Assembly (NCBI GenBank): GCA_038245295.1 | Contig: JBBRSP010000008.1 | Coordinates: forward strand, 177,985-241,984 | Length of the DNA stretch: 64,000 nucleotides | Source: Candidatus Binatia bacterium | GTDB lineage: Bacteria > Desulfobacterota > Binatia > HRBIN30 | Direction: 5' to 3' | Shown here: one piece after another, positions 45,983-56,811 of the stretch | How the letters are laid out: each line of letters opens with the position of its first letter | Position numbering within the stretch: position 1 is the first letter of the stretch | Position numbers and translations under genes: made by a program | Notes under the pieces: model-generated | Told to the model about the DNA's origin: nothing | Seen by the model: only the letters and a program-made list of their open reading frames with translations | Databases searched by the model: none

Positions 45983-46634
45983 CGCGATCGCGACGGCGCA
46001 TGAACACGCCCATCAGCACCAGTTCGACGACGCCGAGCAGCAACACAGCGCCTCGTCGCTGGGAATGTGGATCTTCTTGGCGCAGGAGATCATGTTCTTC
46101 GGTGGCCTGTTCCTGGCCTACCTCGCTTACCGCACCGCTTACCCTCATGCCTTCGTAACGGCCAGTCATCATCTCGACGTCCAGCTTGGAACGATCAACA
46201 CTGCCGTGCTGATCACCTCCAGTCTGACCATGGCACTGGCTGTGCATTCGGCACAACTCGGCAAACAACGATTGCTTCTGGTTTTCCTGGTTGCGACGCT
46301 CGTGCTCGGCGGCATCTTCCTGGGCATCAAAAGTGTCGAGTACAGTCACAAGTTTCATGAAGGCTTGATACCTGGTCCCTTCTTCTCCGTCGTCAGCGGC
46401 GACAGCGGACAACAACAGCTCTTCTTCTCGTTGTACTTTGCGATGACCGGAATGCACGCTTTGCACATGATCATCGGTTTCGTGGCGATCCTGTTCCTGA
46501 TCGTTTACACGCTGCGCGGAAAGTACACGGCAGCGTACAACACACCGGTGGAGTTGTTCGGGCTCTACTGGCACTTCGTCGACATCGTTTGGATTTTTTT
46601 GTTCCCGCTGCTGTACTTGTTCGGGAGACATTGA
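45975..46634 (+). CDS. ctaE: Cytochrome c oxidase subunit III
   Basis: [34 protein letters not shown]. Confidence 0.95.
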   Translation: MANAIATAHEHAHQHQFDDAEQQHSASSLGMWIFLAQEIMFFGGLFLAYLAYRTAYPHAFVTASHHLDVQLGTINTAVLITSSLTMALAVHSAQLGKQRLLLVFLVATLVLGGIFLGIKSVEYSHKFHEGLIPGPFFSVVSGDSGQQQLFFSLYFAMTGMHALHMIIGFVAILFLIVYTLRGKYTAAYNTPVELFGLYWHFVDIVWIFLFPLLYLFGRH

Positions 46635-46685
46635 GACGAGATTGGCCAGCTCGAGATCCGATCAATCTGATCGATGGGAAGCACC

Positions 46686-46982
46686 ATGCACCATATTGTT
46701 CCGCTGAGAGTCTACTTCACGATTTTTGCCGCGCTGATCGTTCTGACCGGAACGACGGTGTGGGCCGCATTCCAGGACTTTGGGGTCATGAACGACGTCG
46801 TCGCGATGGCGATTGCCATCACCAAGGCCACCCTGGTTGTGTTGTTTTTCATGCACGTGCGTTACAGCGATAGGCTGACCCAGTTGATCGTCAGCACCGG
46901 CATTCTATTCCTGATGATCCTGTTCGTCTTCACGATGGCTGACCCGCTCACCCGCGGCTGGCTTCCGTTGCCGAGACCCTGA
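46686..46982 (+). CDS. ctaF: caa3 oxidase subunit IV
   Basis: Three TMs, KATLVVLFFMHVRY. Start 46674 or 46686. Confidence 0.9.
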   Translation: MHHIVPLRVYFTIFAALIVLTGTTVWAAFQDFGVMNDVVAMAIAITKATLVVLFFMHVRYSDRLTQLIVSTGILFLMILFVFTMADPLTRGWLPLPRP

Positions 46983-47074
46983 AGCGGTCCCCGCCGCCCG
47001 CCTTGCTGCCAGTTTCAATTCGCCGGTGACAAGCTTGCGGGATCATGTAAGGTGAAGCCACAAGGAGGTTCTCA

Positions 47075-47413
47075 ATGCGCAAGGTTGTAACAACCATCGC
47101 TCTTGTGGGTGCGCTGACCGTACCGCTGCGTCTGTTTGCGGCGGAACAGGATCGGCGGATCGAGGCCGGCCCGGTCCGTGCTCCGACGAACGTCGGGATC
47201 GCCATCGCGGCCTCGATGATGAACCTTGTGTATGTCCCGGTGCGATTGGTTGTCACCACGTGTACTGCGGTGGCGGGCGGCACACTCGGCTTCTTGAGTC
47301 TTGGGAATGTCGACATCGCGGAATCGATCTGGGGATCAACGGAAGGCCAGGCCATCATCACGCCAGCCATCCTTGAGCGCCGCGAACGCCTGCAATTCGG
47401 TCCGCGGCGCTAA
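47075..47413 (+). CDS. Small exported hypothetical protein
   Basis: AAGGAGG RBS, signal peptide, glycine-rich hydrophobic hairpin. Confidence 0.7.
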   Translation: MRKVVTTIALVGALTVPLRLFAAEQDRRIEAGPVRAPTNVGIAIAASMMNLVYVPVRLVVTTCTAVAGGTLGFLSLGNVDIAESIWGSTEGQAIITPAILERRERLQFGPRR

Positions 47414-47428
47414 AGACAACTCTCGCCA

Positions 47429-49534
47429 TCATTCGACAGGGAGCACGTCGACGACGATCCCTGTCATGTGGGCTTGATTGCTGAGCGGGTCGTAGCTTCC
47501 CGGTCCGAGTGGCAGTAGTCGGTTTACATTCGCACCCGGATGCCGATTGGCGATCCGCATGCCGGTCGTGCCACCGTTCCCCCAGCCGTGGGTTGCCGCG
47601 ACTACGCCGGCGATCAAGTCGGGGTCGCGTTTGATGGGTAGCTCGACCTCGCCCGATAGCGATCGAACTCGAGCCAACTGACCCTCCATGAGTCCCAGGC
47701 GCTCAGCATCGGACGGGTTCATGAAGAGATGATTGCGTCCGCGCTCGCCGTGTTTCATTTTCTCGATGTTGTGGAACCAGCTGTTGTGCATGAATCGGTC
47801 ACGTTTGCTGATCATCCGGAATGTTCCTGGAGCCTCCGCGCGTAGTTCGCTGAATTGCTCGTGTGTCGTCGCCATGGCAGGGGCGAGGAGCAGCGGCGCG
47901 CAGTCCACCTTGCGGTCGGGTCCCGGCATCTGGTCTTCGTAGAATTTGCCGGGGGTAAGAGGTTCCAACATAACTCCGCCTGGAGTGTCTTTGACCTCTT
48001 CGGGGTTCAGTCCGCCGCGTTCCATCATCCGATCGAGGCGGGCAAAAATGTTGGGCGTCGTGCCTTCATCGAACGGGCCCTTGAACCCAAGCTCCTGGCA
48101 AAGCTTTCCGAAGATCCACCATTCTTCACGTCGTTCGCCCTGGGGTTCGACGACGCGATTGGTGTACTGGACGTGTGGTCGATATTGCAGCCCAAGGCCG
48201 GCATAGGTCAGGTCCGCGCGCTCGAATTGATCGGTCGCCGGCAACAGGTAGTCGGCCAACTCTCCGGTTGCGTTGCGATACAGATCGACGCAGACGACGA
48301 GATCCAGTCCTTCGATCGCCTGCCTCAGACGCTCCTCACCACCCACAGACAGTATTGGATTGCCGGCAACCACGAACAAGGCGCGGGGGCGGTCGTCGCC
48401 CCTGACGAGCTCGTCGGCCATCAGGTTGCCGGGTAGGAGCCCACGCACGTGACGCATACGCCCGTGCGCGGCGTCGAAGAACGTGTGCGCCGGGTCGATA
48501 GCACCCGAGCGTGCCGCCGGTGGGTAGTAGCCGACAGATTCGATGTTGCCGCCGCGGCGATCGAGGTTGCCGGTGCAGAACGAAAGCATTTGCACCAGCC
48601 AGTACGCTACGGTACCCTGGCGGCCCATGTTGACGCCCGTCGACATCGTCACAGAAGCGCCGTTGGCAGCCTTCCAATCGCGTGCCACCTGGCGTAGCGC
48701 TTCCGGGGCGATGCCGGTAACCCCGGCGACGCTCTCGGGTGTGTACGGTGCGATGAATTCGCGAAGCTGGGCGATGTTCCTACCGTGCTCCTCGATCACC
48801 GCGTCGTCGAACCCACCGATGTGGTCCAGTTCATGGAGCAAGGCGGCGAGGAAGTAGACGTCGGTGTCTGGCCGGATAGCGATCCATTCGCCGATGCCCG
48901 ACTTGAGCGATTCAATGCGTCGCGGATTGACGAAGCGAATCTTGGCGCCGCGCTCCTGCATGCGGCGCATGACGTCGATCGGATCGGCGATAGAGACGAA
49001 GCTCATATGCGACACGCCAGGATTCGACCCGAGGATGAGGAGGTACTCGGTGTGATCGAAGTCGGGTAGCGGGTGAATCGTGCTCGAACCGAAGACGTAT
49101 TCCGAGCCTGCAAACTTGTTACTGCAGTCTTGTGTGCCCGAGCTGAAGAGCTTGCGTGCCGCCAGGCCGCGGATGAATGGCGTGGTTCCCATGCCGATGA
49201 GTGCGTTGAAGGCGCTTGGGTTGCCAATGTAGAAGGACGTCGCCCAGTCGTTGTGCTTGGCGCGGATGGTGCGCAGACGATCGCCGATTTCGCCGATGGC
49301 TTGCGCCCACGAGATCGGCTCGAAGCCGCCGCCGACGACGCGTTTCAACGGTTGGTTGAGACGGTCCGGATCGTGATGGATGTCGAATGTTGCGATGCCC
49401 TTATTGCAGGCCCAACCTCGAGAGACCGGATGGGCACGGTCAGGTTTGACGCCGGCAAGTCGGCCGTCGTCAACTTGGGCGACCAAGCCGCATGCTGGTT
49501 CGCAGACTCGGCAAAAGGTTCGAATCTCGGCCAT
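47429..49534 (-). CDS. Molybdopterin (bis-MGD) oxidoreductase with N-terminal [4Fe-4S]
   Basis: CRVCEPACG...CNKG, DPDRL, GSNP, IRPDTD, ADYLLPA, MNPSDA, HGWG. No Tat signal. Confidence 0.9.
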   Translation of the reverse strand: MAEIRTFCRVCEPACGLVAQVDDGRLAGVKPDRAHPVSRGWACNKGIATFDIHHDPDRLNQPLKRVVGGGFEPISWAQAIGEIGDRLRTIRAKHNDWATSFYIGNPSAFNALIGMGTTPFIRGLAARKLFSSGTQDCSNKFAGSEYVFGSSTIHPLPDFDHTEYLLILGSNPGVSHMSFVSIADPIDVMRRMQERGAKIRFVNPRRIESLKSGIGEWIAIRPDTDVYFLAALLHELDHIGGFDDAVIEEHGRNIAQLREFIAPYTPESVAGVTGIAPEALRQVARDWKAANGASVTMSTGVNMGRQGTVAYWLVQMLSFCTGNLDRRGGNIESVGYYPPAARSGAIDPAHTFFDAAHGRMRHVRGLLPGNLMADELVRGDDRPRALFVVAGNPILSVGGEERLRQAIEGLDLVVCVDLYRNATGELADYLLPATDQFERADLTYAGLGLQYRPHVQYTNRVVEPQGERREEWWIFGKLCQELGFKGPFDEGTTPNIFARLDRMMERGGLNPEEVKDTPGGVMLEPLTPGKFYEDQMPGPDRKVDCAPLLLAPAMATTHEQFSELRAEAPGTFRMISKRDRFMHNSWFHNIEKMKHGERGRNHLFMNPSDAERLGLMEGQLARVRSLSGEVELPIKRDPDLIAGVVAATHGWGNGGTTGMRIANRHPGANVNRLLPLGPGSYDPLSNQAHMTGIVVDVLPVE

Positions 49535-49701
49535 GCTCCATGCCCTCCGTTGCTGGTCAACGTCGATCGTCGGCCTGCTCAACCGGCGCACCAGGTTTGC
49601 TAATCCAACTGGCGATCATTTTGATCTTGCAGCGCCGCGATGTTCGGGATTGTGTATCAGGGTTTGAGCGGAAGGAAAGACACGGCGAAAGGGAAAGCGG
49701 A

Positions 49702-51852
49702 ATGGCGGTAGGGACGGGTCTCATGGATGGTTCGCGCGACATAGAGGACGCCATCGCGATGCTGGCGCAGCGGTTGCCGGCGCCGCTTTCGCCGCTGGCC
49801 CGATTGGCATTCAATTTTCGCTGGTCGTGGCTCCGCGAAGCCGATGCCCTCTTCGAGGATATCGACCCCGAGGTGTGGAGCTCGATGGGCGGCAACGCAC
49901 GAGCAATGTTGGAAGCCGCACCGCCACAGCGGTTGTGGCAGCTCGCCCGTGATGCCGCCTATCTCGACCGCGTCGCCGCCGCGGCGCGGGCTCTGGCGGA
50001 TGACCTGGCGCGGCCGGCTCACGTCGCCATCACGGCCGAGCATCCGGTTGCCTACCTTTGTGCGGAGTTTGGCTTCCATCGGGCCATGGATATCTACAGC
50101 GGCGGGTTGGGAATTCTTGCCGGCGACATTCTGAAGGCCGCGTCCGACATCGCCCTGCCACTCGTGGCCGTCGGCTTGTTCTATCGTCAGGGCTATTTTC
50201 ACCAGCGTCTCGACGCCAACGGCATGCAGCACGAATCTTGGACGGACGCGCATTTCAACCGTTTGCCTGCGGTTCGCGTCACCGAAGCCAACGGCGAACC
50301 GCTGTGTGTCCATGTCATGGTGCGCGGCCGCCAAGTCCATGCCAACGTTTGGCGCGTCGATATTGGACGCACCAGACTCTACCTGCTCGACGCGGATCGT
50401 CCTGACAACCACCCGATCGATCGCTGGATCACTTCCCGCCTCTATGTCGGCGACAGCGATACGCGCGTGGCCCAATACGCGCTGCTCGGTATCGGCGGCA
50501 TCCGCGCCCTGCATGCCATGGGAATCGATCCCAGCGTGGTTCACTTGAATGAAGGCCATGCCGCGCTCAGCAGCTTCGAACGATTGCGCCAGGGATTGGC
50601 GGGCGGACTTGAATTCGATGCGGCCTTCGAGCAGGTGCGCTCCAAGACCGTATTCACGACCCATACCCCTGTCGCTGCCGGCAACGAAGGGTACGATGAG
50701 CACCAGCTCGAACGTGTCCTCGGGGACTTCATTTCGTCTATCGGAATCGCGCGCGAACAGTTCTTTGGTTTGGGTCGCATCCATCCCGGCGATCGTGGCG
50801 AGAAGATCAACATTACGCCGCTGGCCCTGCGTACGAGTCGAAACGCCATTGGTGTGTCGAAGCGCCATGGGATCGTGGCGCGCTCGATGTGGAAACCATT
50901 GTGGCCAGAATTGCCCGACGACCAGGTGCCGATTGGACACGTAACCAATGGCGTTCATGTCGACACCTGGATGTCCCACGGCATGCAGAACCTGCTTGCC
51001 AAGCACATGGGAAAGGATTGGCGCGCCGGCGTCGCTGCGCCGGATTTCGCCGCCAACGTCGAAGCCATCCCGGACGAGGAGTTGTGGCAGGTGCGCTGCG
51101 ACGAGCGTCGCGCCCTCGTGCAGTTTTCGCAGAATCGATCAATCCGCGACCGCCTCGGTCGTGGCGATATGCCGGGATATGTCGAAGCCGCCGCGTCGGC
51201 TTTTTCGCCGAATGTATTGACCCTCGGCTTTGCCCGTCGTGTTGCGCTCTACAAACGGTTGTATCTCCTTTCGCAATTGCCCGGTGACGGACTGCCCCGC
51301 TTGCTCGGGGATCGACCAACCGCGGTGCAGGTGGTCATCGCCGGCAAAGCACACCCGGCGGACGAGACAGCCAAACGGGCGTTGTCGGAACGTTTTCACT
51401 GGAAGCAGATGCAGGAAGTCGCGCGTCGCGTCGTGTATCTCGAAGACTATGATTTGCACATGGCGCCGACGATCATGTCGGGTGTCGATGTATGGCTGAA
51501 TCTGCCCCGACCACCGCAGGAGGCCAGCGGTACGAGTGGCATGAAGGTGGTTCTCAACGGTGGGCTCAATCTGAGCGTGATGGACGGATGGTGGGAGGAG
51601 GCCTACGACGGTGAGAACGGGTGGGCCATCCACTCGCCCTTGCAGGCCTCGGAGGCGGAGCAGGACCATCACGACGCCGCCGAGTTATTGCGACTCCTCG
51701 AGCATGAAGTCATTCCGTTGTTCTACGACCGCGGCGCCGACGGCATCCCGCACAATTGGCTACGGCGTGTGAAGCGGTCGATTGGCAGGTTGACACCGCA
51801 ATTCAGCGCCGAGCGGATGGTGCGCGACTATATCGGCCAACTCTACAGCTAG
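49702..51852 (+). CDS. glgP: Alpha-glucan (glycogen) phosphorylase
   Basis: YSGGLGILAGD, HLNEGH, FTTHTP, TNGVH, EASGTSGMK. Confidence 0.96.
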   Translation: MAVGTGLMDGSRDIEDAIAMLAQRLPAPLSPLARLAFNFRWSWLREADALFEDIDPEVWSSMGGNARAMLEAAPPQRLWQLARDAAYLDRVAAAARALADDLARPAHVAITAEHPVAYLCAEFGFHRAMDIYSGGLGILAGDILKAASDIALPLVAVGLFYRQGYFHQRLDANGMQHESWTDAHFNRLPAVRVTEANGEPLCVHVMVRGRQVHANVWRVDIGRTRLYLLDADRPDNHPIDRWITSRLYVGDSDTRVAQYALLGIGGIRALHAMGIDPSVVHLNEGHAALSSFERLRQGLAGGLEFDAAFEQVRSKTVFTTHTPVAAGNEGYDEHQLERVLGDFISSIGIAREQFFGLGRIHPGDRGEKINITPLALRTSRNAIGVSKRHGIVARSMWKPLWPELPDDQVPIGHVTNGVHVDTWMSHGMQNLLAKHMGKDWRAGVAAPDFAANVEAIPDEELWQVRCDERRALVQFSQNRSIRDRLGRGDMPGYVEAAASAFSPNVLTLGFARRVALYKRLYLLSQLPGDGLPRLLGDRPTAVQVVIAGKAHPADETAKRALSERFHWKQMQEVARRVVYLEDYDLHMAPTIMSGVDVWLNLPRPPQEASGTSGMKVVLNGGLNLSVMDGWWEEAYDGENGWAIHSPLQASEAEQDHHDAAELLRLLEHEVIPLFYDRGADGIPHNWLRRVKRSIGRLTPQFSAERMVRDYIGQLYS

Positions 51853-51861
51853 TCTCCGGCG

Positions 51862-51894
51862 CGAACAGTCGGATCGGTCCGGTCCGACTGTTCG
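51862..51894. terminator. Hairpin between convergent genes
   Basis: CGAACAGTCGGA / TCCGACTGTTCG, a 12-bp perfect stem. Confidence 0.55.
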
Positions 51895-51902
51895 ATTTGG
51901 CC

Positions 51903-52985
51903 TCAGTCGGAAAAGACAATATCGCCGCTTGCTCCATCCTCCATCGATTCGAGCAGCGAGACGTCCTCCCAAACCGGGATGTTTGCCGCGGCATAGAGCT
52001 CTCGGGAACGCGCCGTCACGGCGCCGACTCGCACCAACGCTGGCATCATCAAGTCGCGGAAGGAATGTACGTGTCCCGGAGGCAGCTTGGCGTTGAGTCC
52101 AACCGCGCCGCCTTCGCGCAGGGCGGCCAGGAAATCATGCGGGTCGATGTTGCAATGCTCGAGCACCTTTAGGAAGCCGGGGTCCGCCTTGCGCTGCCCG
52201 CGGCCATCGGCACCGCCCTGTGCGTCCGCCATACTCTTGACGGCTTTGAAAGCGAAGTCGGCCATATCCTCCCGGTCATCGGGATGCATGTCTGCCAAAG
52301 TCTGCTTGAGGTAGACGTTGCCGAAGGCAACGTGGCGTGCCTCGTCGCGCAAGACGTATTCCGTGAGGCTGCGCAGTAACGGACAAGTCGTCTGGCGGCG
52401 CATGTTGTGAAAGGCTGCCAAGGCCAGGCCTTCGATTACCATGTTCATGCCGATCATGATCTTGGCGTAGTGATCGGCCGATAGGGTCGCGTCGATCAGT
52501 TCTTTGAGCCAGGGCGAGATCGGATAGGCAAGGGCGAGTTTCTTGATGTAGCGATCGTACACTTCGACGTGACGCGCCTCGTCCATCGTTTGGGTCGCGG
52601 CGTAAAGCTTGGCGTCATAGTCAGGCACCGCATGGGTGAGCGCCGCCGCGGTCATCAGCGCGCCTTGCTCGCCGTGCAGAAACTGCGACAGCAGTTGAGC
52701 CGTTGCATGTGCTGAAAACATCTCGCGCTGCGTTGCCGACATCTTCTGGAAGAATGGCAAACGCAAGAACATGTGGGCGTTTTCATCGATGATCGGCTTG
52801 GACGGATCGATTTCCGTGCTCCAGTCGAGCTGCTGATCCGCGTCCCACTGGTGTTGCTTTGCCTTCGTGTAGAGGTTGGCAAGTTTGTCTTCGGAGATCG
52901 CGTAATCGAACTGCCAGCAGATCTCCATCGGGGTCTTGTACGAATCAGATTGCGTCCAGTCCGACGGTGTTGTCGTGCTGCTCAT
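51903..52985 (-). CDS. Ferritin-like diiron protein (AurF-like)
   Basis: GEQGA, DEARHV, IEGLA, DEARHV diiron ligand pattern. GGAGGG RBS. Confidence 0.85.
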   Translation of the reverse strand: MSSTTTPSDWTQSDSYKTPMEICWQFDYAISEDKLANLYTKAKQHQWDADQQLDWSTEIDPSKPIIDENAHMFLRLPFFQKMSATQREMFSAHATAQLLSQFLHGEQGALMTAAALTHAVPDYDAKLYAATQTMDEARHVEVYDRYIKKLALAYPISPWLKELIDATLSADHYAKIMIGMNMVIEGLALAAFHNMRRQTTCPLLRSLTEYVLRDEARHVAFGNVYLKQTLADMHPDDREDMADFAFKAVKSMADAQGGADGRGQRKADPGFLKVLEHCNIDPHDFLAALREGGAVGLNAKLPPGHVHSFRDLMMPALVRVGAVTARSRELYAAANIPVWEDVSLLESMEDGASGDIVFSD

Positions 52986-53074
52986 GTGGCGACCCTCCCA
53001 AGGTCCGGCGATATCGCAAATAGGTCCGTCAACCAAGCGAGTGCCGTGAGCCGGCAGATGGCGTTGGGCGAAGC

Positions 53075-53719
53075 CTACCCACGACCTGGCACTTCGGCGA
53101 GCACGCGGTCGACATCGCGGCGCAGGCGCGACATCGCCTCGGCATCACTCACCGAGTAGTAGCCTCGGATCTGGAAGCTCGCGTCGACGAGCACGAATCG
53201 ATCACTGTGGGTGATCAGACCCTGGCCGTCCTTCGCTTCTTCTGGGCCGCGTTCGGCGACGGCGAGACGGAACCCATCGCGAATCAGCGAAAGCAGTGTT
53301 GTCCGTTCGCCTGTCAAAAATACCCAGCGCAGTGGGTCGGCGCCGTAGCGCCGGGCATACTCTGCCAGCACGGCGGGAGTGTCGTTGCTGGGGTCTACCG
53401 AGAAGGAAACGAATCGCAATGCGGGAGCGTCGATGTCGTGCTGCAGACGTGCCATCTGTGCCGAGAGCGTGGGGCATACGCCCGGACACTGTGTGAAGAT
53501 GAAGTCCGCGATCCATACCTTGCCGATCAGCAGCCGACTCTCGAACGGCGCGGCCTGAGAGGCGGTCAGCACGAATGCCGGGACGGCGCCAAGGCTGGGA
53601 AGATCGTCGACGCCGGCACGACGTTCTTGACGCAGCCACGGCCACGCCAAAGCGGTGCAAAGCACGAACAGGCCAAGGAAGAGAGGAATGAGCCACGGGC
53701 GGCGTCGCGGAGCTGTCAT
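53075..53719 (-). CDS. SCO family protein (second copy)
   Basis: N-terminal TM, FTQCPGVCP, SVDP, THS. Confidence 0.9.
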   Translation of the reverse strand: MTAPRRRPWLIPLFLGLFVLCTALAWPWLRQERRAGVDDLPSLGAVPAFVLTASQAAPFESRLLIGKVWIADFIFTQCPGVCPTLSAQMARLQHDIDAPALRFVSFSVDPSNDTPAVLAEYARRYGADPLRWVFLTGERTTLLSLIRDGFRLAVAERGPEEAKDGQGLITHSDRFVLVDASFQIRGYYSVSDAEAMSRLRRDVDRVLAEVPGRG

Positions 53720-53729
53720 AGTCGTAAGA

Positions 53730-54386
53730 TCAGCGCAGGTAAACGACGGGGAACAAGACCATCCAAACGGCGCATACGAAGTACCAATAGAACGAACAGG
53801 TGACGATACCCTGAGCCTGGGCGGGGGAGTGTGGACCTCTATGGGCTCGGCGCAAGACGACGAGCAGCCAGATGACCGCGGCAACGACATGCAGCGCATG
53901 CGCGCCGATTAAAACGAAGAACGTGCCGCCGTAGATTCCTGACGAGATGGTTAGGCCGCGTTTGACAAGGCGCCACCATTCACTGCCTTGGACCAGGACA
54001 AAGGTCGCACCCAGGGTAGCAGTTGCGGCAAGTGACCTTCGCAGCAACCCGATCTTGCCGCCGAGGGCGGCGCGCTCGGCGCACCACATGCAGAATCCGC
54101 TGACGATCAGCACGGCGCTGTTGAGCCATGTTAGCTCGATCGGCAGACGCGGCAGGTCGGCGGGGGGCCACGCCGGCTGACTCGTTCGCAGCACCTCGTA
54201 TGCTACCAGGAGAGCTCCGAACATCACTGTCTCGGAGGCAATCAGCAGCAGTACCGCGATTCCACCGCCGCTGAGTTGCACCCGCTCTCGGCCCGTCGGT
54301 GGGCCGCCGTCGTGACTATGCACCAACCATAGCTGCCGCTCGGCGGGTGGACGTTCGACTTTGGGCTTCTGCACGACGCGAGGCAT
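53730..54386 (-). CDS. Cytochrome c oxidase subunit III-like (second, stand-alone)
   Basis: [17 protein letters not shown]...GAHALHV, YWYFV. Confidence 0.85.
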   Translation of the reverse strand: MPRVVQKPKVERPPAERQLWLVHSHDGGPPTGRERVQLSGGGIAVLLLIASETVMFGALLVAYEVLRTSQPAWPPADLPRLPIELTWLNSAVLIVSGFCMWCAERAALGGKIGLLRRSLAATATLGATFVLVQGSEWWRLVKRGLTISSGIYGGTFFVLIGAHALHVVAAVIWLLVVLRRAHRGPHSPAQAQGIVTCSFYWYFVCAVWMVLFPVVYLR

Positions 54387-54503
54387 TTGCCATCGCTCCT
54401 ACCGCGAAATGGCCGGCCGGGACAACGTCGAACCGTGCGATTCCGACATTCCTTGTGTTTCGGGTTTGCGCCGCTGGCCGCCGCATGGCAAAACCCGCGC
54501 CGC

Positions 54504-55058
54504 ATGCGCTTTATTCCATCCTCGATTTTGCCCGAGATCATTCTGGTCGAGCCGGACGTGCATCGTGACACACGCGGGTTCTTCCTCGAGTCGTTTCAGG
54601 TCGACAAGTACCGGGCCGGCGGCATTGCTGGGCCCTTCGTTCAGGACAACCACTCCAGGTCGACGCGTCATACCATCCGCGGACTACACGCCCAACTTGG
54701 GGCTCGGCCGCAAGGCAAACTCATCCGCGTCGTGCAAGGGGCGATCTTCGATGTGGCGGTGGATATTCGCCGCGGCTCCCCGACGTTTCTGAAATCGGTG
54801 AGTTACGAGATCTCCGCTGACAACTTCCGCCAGCTCTATGTCCCGCCAGGTTTTGCTCATGGATTGTGTGTGATCTCCGAGATTGCCGACGTCGAGTACA
54901 AATGCACCGACTACTACGATCCTTCCAGCGAAATCTGCGTGCGCTGGAATGATCCACAAGTTGCTATTGTCTGGCCGACGGATCAGCCTATCCTCTCTGG
55001 TCGTGACCAAGTTGCTCTCACTGCCGCTGAAATCGAAGCCCAGCTCCCAACCTATTGA
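54504..55058 (+). CDS. rfbC: dTDP-4-dehydrorhamnose 3,5-epimerase
   Basis: [42 protein letters not shown]. Confidence 0.95.
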   Translation: MRFIPSSILPEIILVEPDVHRDTRGFFLESFQVDKYRAGGIAGPFVQDNHSRSTRHTIRGLHAQLGARPQGKLIRVVQGAIFDVAVDIRRGSPTFLKSVSYEISADNFRQLYVPPGFAHGLCVISEIADVEYKCTDYYDPSSEICVRWNDPQVAIVWPTDQPILSGRDQVALTAAEIEAQLPTY

Positions 55059-55076
55059 CGAGAGGGTCCGCCGCGA

Positions 55077-55853
55077 ATGACGTCGCTCTTTGGATTGACC
55101 GCGGCTGCGGTGGCACTTCTCATGTGGGCCCTGTGGGTTGTGAGTGTCGTGCGCCGCGACGCCAGCATCGTCGACATCGCTTGGGGGCTCGGGTTTGCCA
55201 TGATCGCCTTGATTGGTGCGTTGGCTGGCCTGGGTGATTCACACCGTGCCTGGCTGTTGGCCATTTGCACCGTCGTTTGGGGCAGTCGCTTGGGTGCGTA
55301 CTTGTATGTTCGGAATGGTGGCCACGGTGAGGACTATCGGTACCAGGCGATGCGCCGCTACTGGGGTAATCGTTTTCCAGTGGTCAGTCTGTTTACCGTG
55401 TTTGGCCTGCAAGGTGTTCTGATGTGGTTCATCTCGCTGCCGGTGCAGGTTGCCCAGAGCTCTCCACAGCCGGCTCATGGGACGTGGCTCGATGTATTGG
55501 GTTTCGTGCTGTGGAGCGTTGGGTTTGTCTTCGAAGCCGTCGGAGATGCCCAGCTGATGCGATTCAAGGCTGACCCGGCCAATCAAGGTAAGGTCATGGA
55601 TCGGGGGTTATGGCGGTACACCCGTCACCCGAACTACTTTGGCGACGCGTGTCTTTGGTGGGGCCTGTATCTCATCGCTGCCGCCACGCCGGGGGGCATT
55701 TGGACGTTCTTGAGCCCATTGGCCATGACCATCCTGCTGATGCGCGTGTCAGGTGTGCCATTGCTCGAGAAGAAACTCACGAAGACGAGGCCAAAGTACG
55801 CGGAGTACGTCCGGCGTACGAGCAGCTTCTTGCCGTGGCCGCCGAAGGCATAG
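55077..55853 (+). CDS. DUF1295 / steroid 5-alpha-reductase-like membrane protein
   Basis: SIVDIAW, GEDYRY, GLWRYTRHPNYFG, SGVPLLE. Confidence 0.88.
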   Translation: MTSLFGLTAAAVALLMWALWVVSVVRRDASIVDIAWGLGFAMIALIGALAGLGDSHRAWLLAICTVVWGSRLGAYLYVRNGGHGEDYRYQAMRRYWGNRFPVVSLFTVFGLQGVLMWFISLPVQVAQSSPQPAHGTWLDVLGFVLWSVGFVFEAVGDAQLMRFKADPANQGKVMDRGLWRYTRHPNYFGDACLWWGLYLIAAATPGGIWTFLSPLAMTILLMRVSGVPLLEKKLTKTRPKYAEYVRRTSSFLPWPPKA

Positions 55854-55871
55854 CCATCGGCGGTCGTTGGC

Positions 55872-56258
55872 CTAGAGCAGAAACTTTCCGTTGCCGGCGG
55901 CGACCGGCTTCTGCTCATCGTCTTGCCAGGCGGTGACGTGCACGACGGCGACGCGGCGGCCGAGCTTGAAGATCTGCGCCCGCGCCCGCGTGTCGTGTGG
56001 TCCCGCCGAGCGCAGATAGTCGATGCTGAAGTTGATTGGCTTCGGTACCCGCTCGGTTGAGCCACTCTCGTCAATCAGGTGCAGCAGCGCCGTAAGCTCG
56101 AGGAAGGAGCCGATCACGCCGCCGTGGATGGCCGGGAGTCGGGGGTTGCCGATGATGTCTTCGGAAAAGGGCAGGACACAATCCCAGCCGATTGCGGTGG
56201 GTTCGATCCGCACGCCGAGCAGGCGGGCATAGGGAATCGCATCGACGAGCCGGCTCAT
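55872..56258 (-). CDS. PaaI family (hotdog) thioesterase
   Basis: IGNPRLPAIHGGVIGSFLE, IDYLRS. ATGA overlap with the upstream gene. Confidence 0.88.
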   Translation of the reverse strand: MSRLVDAIPYARLLGVRIEPTAIGWDCVLPFSEDIIGNPRLPAIHGGVIGSFLELTALLHLIDESGSTERVPKPINFSIDYLRSAGPHDTRARAQIFKLGRRVAVVHVTAWQDDEQKPVAAGNGKFLL

Positions 56259-56743
56259 GATTTGGCCCTGTTGCCTGAGAACGGTGTGCCCGCGTTGTTG
56301 GCGCCAATCATGAAGGTGCCGAGACAGCTCGCGAAGGGGTCGTCGGGAGCCCTTTCGTAGGCGCTGGCGCGCACGAAAGCGATATTGCGGGTGACGCGGT
56401 AGCACTCGGCCCGTGCAAACAGGTTCTGCCCCGGACGGGCGGCGCGCAAATAGTCGACGCGCAGGTCGACCGTCGCGATTGCCAACAGTTCCTCCAGCGC
56501 ACAGGCTACCGCCAGCCCCGAGGCCTGGTCGATCAAGGTGGTGATCACACCGCCGAAGACGACCCCGCGTGATGGGTCGCCGATGAGTTCCTCGTGAAAG
56601 GGCAGTGTAAGAACGGCGAATCCCGGACCCGTCTCGACAACTTGGATCCGCAATCGTCGCGCGTGCGGCGTATAGTTGCTCACCATTTCGGGCAGCGCCG
56701 GCCCGAAGACTGCAGACAAGGCGTATCGTCGATCGTCGCTCAT
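56255..56743 (-). CDS. PaaI family (hotdog) thioesterase
   Basis: LIGDPSRGVVFGGVITTLID, ATVDLRVDYLR. Start 56743 or 56758. Confidence 0.88.
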   Translation of the reverse strand: MSDDRRYALSAVFGPALPEMVSNYTPHARRLRIQVVETGPGFAVLTLPFHEELIGDPSRGVVFGGVITTLIDQASGLAVACALEELLAIATVDLRVDYLRAARPGQNLFARAECYRVTRNIAFVRASAYERAPDDPFASCLGTFMIGANNAGTPFSGNRAKS

Positions 56744-56811
56744 GCGTGCCGGCAACATCGGCGCATCCGCGCTTCGAGTCAACCGGCCCGGCGGCCGGTA
56801 AGTTGCCAACC

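Noticed and set aside
54504..55058. rfbC as marker of a polysaccharide island
   Set aside because: Isolated gene; no rfbA/B/D or glycosyltransferases adjacent.
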